Below are positions 12,679 through 25,800 of a stretch of 64,000 nt of DNA, piece after piece; position 1 is the first letter of the stretch, and every line of letters starts with the position of its first letter. The notes under the pieces were generated by a model. That model saw nothing but the letters and a program-made list of their open reading frames with translations, did no database searches and was not told the origin of the DNA. This DNA comes from Catajapyx aquilonaris (taxonomy: Eukaryota): the NCBI GenBank assembly GCA_000934665.2, contig JYFJ02001506.1, positions 1 to 64,000 of the forward strand, written 5' to 3'. The translations under genes were made by a program, and so were the position numbers.

Positions 12679-15600
12679 GCCAGTAACCATTTTTTTGGAG
12701 GGTGCCCCATCTCCTTATCCGTTTTCCGTGAGGAGAATACTGCGAGTCGTGTGTGTTAGTTAATATTTGTGACGTGTGGTTAGAATGGACGAGACGGGGT
12801 CTGCTTTAGACGTGCCAAGTTCAAGGAACGGTTCGTTTACGTTTCGTAAAGGGAGTTCCCACTTTGCCAGGAAATATGATGATTTTCCAACCCTCTTGGT
12901 TTAGAGAGATAGGGTGTCTCTTGGGGGGGAAGGCTTCAACTATGCCTGTTATTCACGTTGTTTACTCTGGTGTTATTAAATCCGACGGCGATTTTGGAGA
13001 GAACAGGCCAGGAGTAAATATAACGGATTGTGGAATTGACGTGGGTCTGAAGTGCGTGCAGGCCTAAAATGACTGGTATGCATTCATGTACTGAAAATAG
13101 GTCCGATGGTGCGTAATCTAATTTAATTTCACGCCGATGGTTTTTTCCCGGTTTAAAAAGTGCATGCCAGGCAACTAATAACACAGCTACAGTAATAACT
13201 GGCTAGCAAAAATTTGACATCCGGTTTAAAAAAAAAAGTTTCATGCTCTGACTTTGACATCCACAAAATCATGGACTGACATGCATGCAAACTGCAGCTT
13301 ATCCAGGCACACACACCTACCGCACAATCTATAGGATATAAGTCTATATTGCATGGCTAGCGTTTAATTGGATTAAATGTAGTTTTTGTACTACATGACT
13401 CGATGTGAACTGAATTGTCGCGTGGGTGTACAGTTAATGTCATGTCGACAAGATTTCGTGCATGCGAACGGAAGCCAAGCCAACTATTTATACCAACCAC
13501 CTATCATTTGGCGTCCTAATAAGGGCTAGAGCGTAGGAAGAAGATTTAAATTCACTGGCTCTGGATGGTCTTTTTTATCTCCCACTTCCTTCATGCCCAT
13601 TCTAGAACTGTTAAATGGAATTGAAGCCTGCTGGAATGATGGGTGAAGAAAGGCCTTAACTCGGCCTTTCGTCTGCTTATGCAAATATAGAGCATGGGGT
13701 CTACCTTACCAGGATAAAGGTGCTTTTTTACTCCGTTTCTTCATTTCATTTTTTTTTCCTCCTCTGCCCAAGGAACTCACACGCGTCGAGATATCCTTGA
13801 CCCTAGACTTGCCACCCACACTTCCAAGCCTTCCCCTCACAAAAAAGGTAGACTATTCCCCTTCAAACTTCCACCTTATTGATATGCAGACATCTCTACA
13901 AAAGAAACTGGAGATTACTCTATTACACTCATTTACCACGAACACATTGGAAAAAATCGTTCCCTATATGCCCTCGGACACTCGATCCTCCTAGATATGA
14001 GAATCCCATTTGTCAACCCCCCCTTTGGCAGCATATATGCATTTTTTTTTTTTTCCTTGGAAGAGTTTCACATGACTTGGGATCCGCACAAAGTAAGCGA
14101 TCGTTTTTCATTGGAACCTCCCCTCTAGCCGAAGAAGTGTAGCAATCGAGAGAGGGGGGGGGGGCCACCTAAGTGGCTAGGAAGATGGAGTGCTTTGCAG
14201 GGGGTTCATGTGGAGACTCCCTTCATTTCCAAGATATCTCCCTCTCTTTCTCCACCCATTCCTTTCCAGAGAGAGCCACGTTTTCAAGGGGGTATGCTCT
14301 GGGGACACTTGGCTGACGGATGCTGATTCCCTCAGCGGTTTTGCCTTATAAAACTATTTACGCTTCCATTTCCACACTTTGCGACTTCCCTGTCGACCCA
14401 CATTATTTTGCGGTTGTCTCCGAAATGGGAGGGGGNCCCCCATCCCAGGCTTTTCCCCCCCTGACATTTCCGCGTGTCCATCCGCAGCCACAACATAGGG
14501 GCTTCCAATGGTACCTTGTTCATCATGCCAGGTTTGCTTGGCAAACTTCCCTAGAGCACTTGATACCAAGGATATCAAGAGCTCACACAATTTCACGGCC
14601 GGATAGGTCAGGGTATTCGAAGAACTCTGTTTGTTCATACCCGGTATTCTTGCGACATATACATGCTGGACACACAGGGAACCAATATTCGTGGTCTATA
14701 ACTTGGATTTGGGCAAAAACCACCGCCAAATGTTTGAAAATTCTATTTGAAACACTTTCGTCGCATTGCCCCCTCCGTAGGCGGATACTTATAAAGGTTC
14801 GAAGTTGAGATGATTAGATAAGTTGGTTATAGCCGACGTTGTCACACGTGCCACATCCAAATTGCGGCTCTTAAACCCCCTCACAAAAATTTTGATCATA
14901 TGTCAGGGACGCTGGTAAAAAATTCAACCGAGATGACGTATGCGACGCATGCCAAGTTGCGAAAGGACGGACCACCTGCATTGGAGTGTTGCTCACGTGC
15001 GAATGCGAAGGAAAATCCTAGTCAACTGTCTCGAATGCGCATAATATCCGGATATATTGCGCTGGGTTTATTCATCAGGCGTCTGGAGGCAACGGGCATT
15101 CGTTTCGGGACAAGGTCCGCGGTATTCACCACATCGCAACTCACCATCTTTGGGTCCAGGAGCTTGCATTATTCCTCATGGCAGTTATCTGAATGATTTT
15201 GGCAATAACTCGCACCTTGACGTGCACGCTTGTAATCTCACGTTTGATATGTTAAGAAAAGGGAGGTAACGGCACCTGGTGTTTCAAAATGCATTTTCTG
15301 TGACAGACTCTTGCCCTTGACATTCTCGGCAAGAACATATACACACCAGCAGTAAATCCGGCAGACTGGACCCAAAGGCCCTTTTGTTAATGAGGTGTGT
15401 CCTGGGGGACGTCTTGAAGCGGTTTTATTAGCAGGCTACCTCATTAGAGCCGCGCTTCATGCCATTAGGGGAAGCCATTCCAATGAATGGACCATTTTCG
15501 ATCCTCGAATTTCTTATTACAGCCCGTCCAGACAGACAAGTCAATGGATACTGCACGTGTTGAATGCCTCTCACACAATGTCCGGCAATACGGTACAAAT

Positions 15601-18600
15601 GGCTCCCCATTTTTGTGGTGGCTGTGGGGGGATTCATATGCGGAAAAATGCCAGTCATTATTACATTCAGATCGATGGCACGACTCAAATGCTCGTGTAG
15701 AAGCACCGTACCGTACAACAACCGCATGGAAATGCAGGGAAACTAAGCAGAAAGTATTTCGTTTTTCCCCCGATTACACTGCTTCCAAATCAGTCAGTTT
15801 ATTCTGTCAATATTTTTTAGCCCTCTCTAATGCACAGCACCTTCGGAACAAAACGAATTCGACACCTTCATCCAGTGAACACTGGGGGACTCACAGTTGA
15901 GCAATCGAATTCCATCCACCCCAAGCCATCTCTAAAAGCTACGTGCTCTATTAGCCCGCAGTGAATGCTTCATAGTTTAGAGCTGTTGTGCTATATGCTT
16001 ATTAAGCATAGTAGTCAAACTGCTACATAAATCATGAGGATGTCACTCTAAAGTGATGAATTGTGGAGCCAATCTGCGCTAACGCATAAGAAAGGAGTGG
16101 AGGCGGAGCTGAAGAAACGTAGGCAAGAAAAGAGTGCGAGAAAACAAATCGTATTCTTCCACTCCCCCTGAACTTGTCTTGGTATACCTTTCGGTCTAAG
16201 TGACAGTACATTCCCTTTCTGGGCGAGCTCAACAAGCACACCAACTGGCGCCCTCAGCACAACAGATGGATGGGAACGGGGTGTATATACCCTATAGCAG
16301 AAGGAACACGCTTTCCATTTCACATCCATCCACATTACATTCATGCTGCCTTTTTTGTGTGTTTTCCTACCCTTCTTCTACTCTCTGAATCATTTTTTTT
16401 TAAGAGGAGGTAGACCCACGGAAAAAAATTCAATCTGCAAGATACAAGTAAATGGACGCACCAAATATGGCTAATCAGAGTTTAATTTAGCCTAATGAGG
16501 GGGAAAATATTTGATGAGACGTTATCACGAGGCACGTCCAGAAGACTTAAAATTAATTAGGCATAACGAAAGCTTACATTGCATTGTCATGGCCACCAAG
16601 CGAGAGAGGGGGAAACACATGGCGATGAAGTGAAGCTATAACGTATAACAAAATGATCCGATCGCAGTTGGTGCCAATCGATTTTGGTCCCCATTTAAAC
16701 TAATGCATTATGATATTATTCATGCATCACATCGAGCACATGCATGAACACCGGCGAAATTGTGGTTTACGGTGAAACACGTTCCGTTCTCAACAAGCAA
16801 AAAAAAAGGGGGGGGGGGGGTGAAATAAAAGGGATAGACTAGCTAGGCCGCATGATCATGCAAGTTGGCTCATGCAAGTCACGTACTAAAGCTACATTGA
16901 AAAATGAACCAATTCTACTCATAAGGGAAGAGAGAAAAGTACAGTCCATAGCATTTGGGATAGAAGCCATTACTCTCTTGGATACACAATGTTGCTTCTA
17001 ATATAGATGGCAATGACATTCAACCAGTACGTTGAGTGATACTGACAACTGTGTACAACATGAATTGCATTTATTAAGTATAACATTAAAGTAAAATTGG
17101 TTTCAAAAATATTTGAGAGCACTACAGAGTTTGGGGACTTTGGGCAATAACAGCAGAATTTTAAAGCTTGCTTCATTTGTGTAATCTCGTATAATTTCAG
17201 GCGCAGGTTACATTCATTAGCGTTGCTCAGCCATGGGAATTAATTTTCAATATTCTTTCGGGCAATAATAATTGAAATGTCAATGAATCAAGGACTCGAA
17301 AAGTTACAAGAGCAACAGCGCAGAAATTATAAAAAACTGAGCTCGTTGTATCGAAAATGAGATATTTTCATGACGCAACTTGAATTCGCGTTAAATTCTG
17401 GTAGCTAGTATAGATTATTCGCCATATATGAACATACTTAAATTCCCATATTGAGAATATTCTGGCGTGGTTATAATTTTTTGGGGAAAAAAATCCTCAA
17501 GGAAATTGCTCATCTTCCTAACTAAAGATCCCGCAAAATAGAGCAACAAACAATAGAACGAACCTTTCCCAATCCTTATACTGTAATATGTTACATCAGC
17601 AACAAAAAATTAACAAATTCCGGAAATACCAGCTTTACAAAATTACGGGAGCATCCTATGCCGTCACAATTTTTAAAGGCTTTAAATTACATTTATAATC
17701 CTTACTTTTGATGTAACTTTATATGACACATGCTCAAATTATTACCTCATTATGGCATTCATATAGCTCAGTCTTAGGCTGTTATTTTGCGTTAAAGAGA
17801 ACCTTTTAGAAAGTTTTCCTCTTCTGATAATAAAACGATGAAAGGATCTGCTTATGATGCTTTTGTAAAAATAATCGTTACTGGTGCCCCATATATAGGG
17901 AGAAAGGCTGACGAATATGCTTTATTAGATTCTTGGAAGTGCACCAGATAAAAATACATTACTGACGTAAAGAAGCCGGTACATGATAAAGTATACACTA
18001 AGCGCAACCAATTCTTGTCTTATGCAAAAATAATGACCACATCATTTCCTGGAAATTACGGGCCCCGTAAGTTTTATGCCTCTTATCACAATGATATGTA
18101 AATTCTGTCCGACCGTGGGCGTCGTCATCTCTAGACTTATGGAGCACGAAAGTCCGGTTGCGTCATACAAATTGTCATCACCTCTGACACTACTGAAGGT
18201 GTAAACAACCTTGACATGGACAAAAACAAAACATATGAATGTAATGCATCCTGGGTGCGGTAAATCGCAAAGGTGGGGCATGATGAGGTCATACAATAGT
18301 GACACATAGTTCTCTATTGTTAATCATTTAGGCACATCTTCATTTTGAAAACCCACACGCTATAGGTATGGCTATTTTAGGACCTGTTGTATGATCAACT
18401 GACCACTTATTCTGGATTTACCATCAGTAGCACAACCGTCCCTAATTGTTGGCGTATCAGCCTGCCCTATACACGTGCGCATCCTAGAAAATGTGTGCAT
18501 AAGATGCCACCGAATTTATTGTGGGCACTATATTTTCCCTACCTGTCTACTGCTTCTTCCGCCTCATCTACCCAAACAGGTTGGACCCTCCCCCAATTTC

Positions 18601-19642
18601 TGCCCTCCTTTTTTGGGTATCGCATTACGATGGGGGAAAAGAGAAACGGTAAACCAGAAAGGGGGATTTTTATTCCCCTCAATGTTTTTTTATGTCATTT
18701 TTTGGGGAAAGAAGAAGGTTGCAGAAGGCTTTGGTACTAGACCAGATCAGAAGGGGTGGGCAAGCTTAATTAGGCCCATGTATATACATCATCTGGAGCA
18801 ATTGTGGCCAGATCACGCCCCTTTCATTGGAGATCGTTTTGGAAACACGACACGTTTCTCTCCGAAACCCTGCCTGTATTATGTCTACAGGTCTACCTAG
18901 CATTTTCTGGCCCAGTGATTATCCAAACCCGCGGTTCAAGACGATTGACTTCAGAACTATCTTTAACCGCTTCCTATTACATGACTTTTTTTTCCTATCT
19001 GAACTGAGGACCATAATTGGACCGAATGAACCTACAAAGCAGCATCCTTAATTATCCAAATGTTCAAACCGCTGGAGACTGACAGTGGAGAGATCAGAAA
19101 TGAATTATTGGATGGACTGATCTAGACCCTGTGATAAAAATGCAAGATTGAATTAACAACGTATTGTATGTCTTTGTATGGCAGTCTCGGAGGCACAGGC
19201 GTAATTAGTGGCACAAATGAGATGCGATGGAGACGGGGAACTCCGAATAGATCGATACAGCTTAGTAAACATGACCTGCAGAAATTTGTGTGGAGTTTCC
19301 GTCTGGTAACGGCTTTCGTAAAAACATCAGGGCTTCTGATGAGAGATACGACACAATGTGGAAAACCCCCGGTTTTCCCTGGTGACAAGGGGTGGGGGTG
19401 GGGGTGTGTTTTTTTTTTTTTTTCAGCAACGGAAATATCAGGTCGTGGCATTTCGGAAGAGGGCATTGCGTTTCATGTCGCTTCCTTCTTTGAAAGCGCA
19501 AGTCCCTAGAGTAACGGCCTTCCGGATGAAAGGTTCCGGGCAATCTCACTCACTCACTATCAGTGAAGTTTCTGGGAATGTTATGTACAAGTTTCATTCA
19601 AGTAGATGGTGACTTTGCCAGGTGCCCTTCATGTACAAGTGT

Positions 19643-19889
19643 TGGACATTAATCGCGTCATACTGCTTGCGACATTTTCTGATGCGGCAGAAGTGCAAAT
19701 CGAAGTAATAGAGTGTGAGCCGTGCGAGTAAGAAGAGGTAGGCCTTGAGTGACGTCACCAAAAGGCTTGTCCCCAGCCAGTGACATCATCCAAGGGCTAC
19801 CATTTCTTACTCGCACGGCTCGCACACTTCGATTTGCACGTCTGCCGCATCGAAAAATGTCGCTAACAATATGACGGAATTAATGTCCA
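19643..19889. mobile_element. MITE-like palindromic element (~250 bp)
   Basis: Imperfect ~110-bp inverted arms (tggacattaat...gatgcggcaga.gtgcaaatcgaagt...gagccgtgcgagtaagaa and its reverse complement) around a ~20-nt spacer. Confidence 0.75.
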
Positions 19890-22828
19890 GCATGTACGCA
19901 AATAATAAGGCAAAAACTCAATCTTGTAACAAGCTGAAACCGCCCCATAATTATAGTAATACTGCTGATAAAATGAGAGTGAATAGTTTTTAAATTGATA
20001 GTCTACTACCAAATTATTTGTGCAGTGTTAATTTGGCCTACCGTGTTGGTCACCGACAATCTCTTTTTTATTATTCAAAAAAACCGGTAGGCAGTGAGCG
20101 TGTCTTCCCGCCATTAAACTAATCGACATTATTTACTGAAGGTAAGCAATAATTACAGTGTTTTGGTCCTTCTGTATAAGAAAAGAGCAATCGGAAGAGC
20201 AGACAAGTGGGGACGACTCCTTCTCTCCACCCATTTAAATTACGACCATGTTAGATCGACATGCTGGTATAGGTACAAAAAAATCAGAGTCTCGGAAGGA
20301 GCAAAAAAATCGGGTCACAAGAAGTACCTGTAGGCTTCTAGCCCCACCTGAGGGTGACAGGCGTATCGTCTCTAAGCCTTAAAAAGTTCACTGTCTGTTT
20401 AGCCAATGAAATATTGGCATCCTGTGGCCTGACCGATTTTTACAGCCATTTTATAATCTGGCGCCTCTTAATTTCACCGGATCAGTCATTTTTTGCCTCA
20501 ATTTGTTGTATTTGGGTAGGGGGTTGGAGGAGGAGGAGGAGGCCTTTGTCCAGTTTGCTTTTTTAAGGACGCCTACAAATTTTAGACGACATCCTACTAT
20601 GGGTCTTATTTTTTCTACTTCATTACTGTAACTGGAAATTATTGCTTCATTGAATGCGACAGTCACGTAAGACCAGATCATTAAATTTTACATCCGTGTA
20701 AAGTGAGAAACGGTTGCCGTTTGTGTCATCAAAATTTGTTGCATTTTTCTACTGTCTTTCCCCCCACCCCACGCAACTTGTTCTTAGACTACCAATTTCC
20801 ACCAGACTTGTCAAAGCGTCGGCCCCTTTGTAAGCTTAACTATCTTTACCCAGCTTGCACAAGATGCTTCTAAAAAATATTTCCCCAAAGTTTCCGAACA
20901 CGGTGTTAGAATATTCAGCACATTAATTTGTTACTACCACTTGAACTACAGCGCTAAAGTAATAAAGTGCCTCCACCCATGTCGCCCTATAGACCCTATG
21001 TCAATTTAATGAAATAATGCAAGTCCTTTTTCACTTGTGTGCATAACTTGCAGGCTAGTGTCAACGAGAGCCTATTGTACGTGCCAGTACATCCCGTTAA
21101 CAATATACTGCATCGGCTATAGGACCTGGTGTGAAACAGAGTGCATATAGCAACATGACTGAGATTTTGAAGCCGGAGAAAATTTTTCGAGTTGCTACTG
21201 GTGAAGCGCTGTTTGACTATACATGAAGCAGAGTACTGTATATTTCCAGCCTGGCTCACAATAACTTTCCAACTGTAAAGTTCCCAAGAGTACCACGCTC
21301 CTGAAAGAGCGGAAGATGTGCAGGAACTACTGCATGAATTTCCTAGAGCTATTTTGCCTGGGCCGAATTGGAATACACGAATACAAGATCATGTAGACAT
21401 TCTGGCGGCAGGTGAGAATCCGACACAGGGAAAACATGCGGGCTCACAGCATATAGCAGCTAGTCAGCCTATGGACGATGTGCAAACAGCAGACCACTGA
21501 GGCTGCATGAATATTCCTGTTTAAATTACGCTGGTGATCACAAAGTATCTCCTTAACACCACTTATGCTCTATTTGCTTTCGCCACGGTGTATTTATACC
21601 GGCTGACTCACACGTTATGGAGGTAAAAAGCCTCGTTAAATTAACATGATCACTATGACGGATGAGTATGGCTACAAAGTGCTTAAGTGCTAATTCATGC
21701 CATGCACGATCCATAATTCCAAATCACATGAAAAATTCAGAAACGTTAAGTGTAGCTTACAAGTAGTCCGAAGCAATAATGAAGGTAAATAGGTCGTATT
21801 ATTTTTCAAAAAGTAGTGATCGTGTGTAATCGTGTGTTGTTATTTGTGTCTATTTTCACCTGAAGAGCTTATTACATTGATGATTATACCGCAACTCTCA
21901 TCTTGCCACATTAAAATATGCTTTTATAATAGTCACTGTTATGTTTGGCGCCACTCCATATATCCATCGAGTGTGCTGATTTTAGCAGCCACTGGCTGGG
22001 CTGTTGGCTGCAAATACACCACAATTAACTACTTTGCACTAGACGTTTATTTTGTTATTAATTAACCAAATGACCTTTTTTTTTTATCTATAGCAGTGTA
22101 CCACCAATATTGCTTTACTCTGGGTACTATAATACATGATAATGAATTGCCTCACCGAAAATTGCAGGACTAGTTTGCTTATACGGTTCGGTAGCAATAA
22201 TGAGTTTTCAAAAATGTTCAAATTTTTGTTATGGGCCATACAATGCCTGTGAGCCACAATCTTATCGCAATGTCACGCTCCTCGCATAACTCATTATGGT
22301 ATAGCCCAGTCAATTTTCATACTGGGTAGACTCCAGCGCTGTCACTCACTCTCAAAGTGACGTTTTTTTCCCACATCTATGACAAAGCTATAGGCTAAAT
22401 AGTCATGACATAATCAGGCGGCTTTTAGCCCAGCTTACAAACCCGTTAAGCCGTTATGTCCCATAGCAATTTGTAAGCTTCGAACGCAACCTCTGTAATA
22501 CCACTATCCCAGAAAAAAAAAAATCCAAACTTGATGGATAGGTAGTGATTGTTCATGTGGTGGAAGTGGATGTGAGTGGCATGGGGGTCAAGGAAGGTCA
22601 GCAGTCGACAAGGTGGACCACCCAATCCCAGGCCCTCAATCCGTCAAAGTAGTTATCATTAATGATCGTAGTGGGCCGCAATCTTTTTTATTTCATGCAA
22701 GGCATTGATGGGATGGAACATGTGCTCTAAGGAGAGTACAAGCTCGCAGGGTTCTTATTATAATTTCATATTCATTTCTGCTAGGCCCTGAAGCTAGGGA
22801 GGATGCACAATGTGACTCACAGTCAGTA

Positions 22829-22850
22829 TGTGTGTGTGTGTGTGTGTGTG
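22829..22850. repeat. (TG)11 microsatellite
   Basis: Directly visible. Confidence 0.95.
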
Positions 22851-25800
22851 TAGCCTATCACTCGTGATATACGGCAGAGAAACTACTCACAAGTGTCACC
22901 ATTATTCACTCTGAAATATGGCGTACGCATTCATGGTGGTACACTAGGAAACACAAAGGACGGAACAATTCTCTTTGTCAATAATTATGTCAGGTATGAT
23001 TTACATGGCCATTTTTTCTTGGAGGAAGGAATTAATTTTGAGGATGTATAGTTGAAAGGTGACTGCTTGCAACCAAATTACTTTCATATCGGGGGGTACG
23101 GCAGTTTGTGCATAGGTCTAAACTGTATATATATCACGGCGTTTCCCTATAAGGAATGGTTTGTATGATACACAAGTTAAACACAATAATTATGAGTTGA
23201 AAGTGAAACATTCAATTAAATAATAAGAAAGCACCAATAATCACATTTAAGCATAACATAACCTACCACCAGAATGGTATAGTTTCGGTATATATCAGTA
23301 AATCGTTACATCTATTGAATAACAATCAGAACATATGACTGACATTCACATTTGCGACAAAAAAATTATAGCTTTACTATACAGAATAACTGCCCCCGTA
23401 TTGCAAAAGGCAAAAGGCAAAAAACAAAACAAAAAATCCAATGGAATGTAAAGGCGTGTCCTGCTGTGCAGTACTTCTCCTGCAGTTTTGTAAATGCAAA
23501 ACAAACTTTTCCAAAGCTGTTCCGCAAAATAACAATTTGCAGGCGAATGCCTGCGAACTAAAATTACAGCCCATATTTTAGACGCCCTAATTTACACTGC
23601 TGCACTCGACTCGTTTTATACCCACAATGTGAACACTGTTAGTATGGCTGCCCAACTAACTGCATTTGGTCCTCATTCTACTATACTAGCTACAATATTA
23701 TCCCAATTTAAACTTTTCATCTGCAAAATCAATACAGTACTTTTCTGATATTACGCCGTTATCATAGTATGAAAAATGATTTCATTGTATGTAATTATAC
23801 AAATGATATTCATTGCTAATTATTATTGGTTCAGACTGTAATTACAATATTACAAGAGCAGTCATATGAATATTGTCATGTTAATAAATTATTTCAACGC
23901 ACAATTTGGATAGGTTGTTTGACCCTAAAACCAACCGTGTATTTCTCAGCAGAGAAATTCTCCCATCCCTATCATGTTATATTGGAACTTCACGCTACTT
24001 TGCATAACAGAATTTCAACTGCGGCCTACAGGAATGATATATTTGTGTGTGGTAATAAGGCAGCTGTGGAACTGAGGAAACACTTGAGCTCCTTTTTTTT
24101 TACACCAATGAGGGTGAGCTCGGATGAAAAACAGGGTCAGTTTTGAACAATTTAGGCATGAAGCCGTTCTATTTTTAGAGCTGCACCATTGCATATCCAT
24201 GTATAAGTTCCACATTGAATGCGTGAGCGTCTAGGTGTGGCTCCAACGTGACGTAACGATATAGGAAGCGATGTTTGCCTTATCCATCACTCATAATGAT
24301 TTCAATGCCACGCTCTGATTTCTCCATTTGGGGGGGTACATCCAGAAATAATATTTTTCCAGTGCTAAACTTACAAGTAGAAAAATCTCCAGTTCCGTAT
24401 CGATCACGTTATCTCTAGGCTATGCTATCATCACGAGTTGACACAAAAATCCGGAGAGAGGGGGTGGAACTATTAACGACGAACATGTGATCAGTTAGAA
24501 TTACGGCCAATTTGCTATGCTGGACTGTACTCCGATGCGTTAAATTAAACGCCCAATAAAGTGCAGTGTTTGCTAACAAAAGGCGGACCTGATTGGGACC
24601 TGGGTGATTTGTGGGCCATGTGCTTATGCAGGAAACGGCTGCATTACATTGATTCGAACACCCCCCCCCCCCTTTTCCCTAAAATTAATGAAATAGCAAC
24701 GGTAGGTAATAAGTTTATATCTGATTTTCCGCCTAAATACAGCTATTTAATATTTCTTTAGCCTCATTTTCGTTGGCACACTGTTTCAATGTGCCCCTCG
24801 AACTGATTCTACCTATACTCTGAAATTACCTTCATTTCACGAAGTCTATAAGGCGACCGGGTTAGAGACGAGGGGGGAGGGGGGGGGGGGAGTCCCTTGA
24901 TTTAACAACGTTCTCGTTGCTCCAGTTTTTGATTAAATCTGTTAAACAGCGAGGGAGATTCAGCGGAAGAGGGGTTAATTTGGCTAGCAGCCAGCAAGAC
25001 TTTGGAGCCGGTTATTTGGTGACAATTCGCTTAGGCCCAGGCCGTAAATGCTGGCCTAGAGGACAATCGGCTGACAGGTAGGGGTAAAATGGGTCTGGCT
25101 GCCGGCCTTTATTCTCCCCTTTGTAAAAAGAGCCAACCGGAAGTGTGTACTAATGGCCCCCTCCTATTCCATCCATCAACCAAACCGAAAACTTTTATGC
25201 CCAAATTATCCAAGTTCTCTCCACCCCAACCATTCTTCCTGTTTTGTGCCATTACGTGAGTGGATCAAGGACCAAAACCGATTCGACAATGACTCACTCC
25301 AAACAGGTGAAGTAGTGTCATTAAAAAAAATGATAAAAGAAGCACTTTTATTTTTTTATTTTAAAGTAGGTGTATGTGATGAGGACTTTTTACCGCCAAA
25401 TGCTGATGGCTCTCAGTCTATGCAATTCCAACTCACTCGACAAGCCTCGGTTCATAATGTACTTGTACGTGTACAGTCCGAGTCTGAGTCCCAAATTGAC
25501 TGCCAGGGGTATTTTTGCTTTCGATTTGCATATATAATTTATTAGGGTGGGATGTGTGCTAGTACCCACTAGGAATTTTTACATCAAAGCTAAGTGTCAC
25601 TTTGGACCAAACGCTATCGAGTGGATCGTGTGTTGCTGTGTAATTAACACAACTGACAACCTGGTAATGGTAGACTACTAAACTTTGAATTAACATCCTT
25701 CCCCTACCTCATACTGTCAACAGTGTAACACCCAATTGTACACAAGTTTGCATCGGTTTGATACAATTTACAGTAGTTGCTTTCCAACTTCGCTTGTGAT

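Noticed and set aside
21303..21500. Peptide VQELLHEFPRAILPG..HVDI, faintly like a Gypsy pol linker
   Set aside because: Too short and weak; no RT, RNase H, integrase motifs or LTRs nearby.
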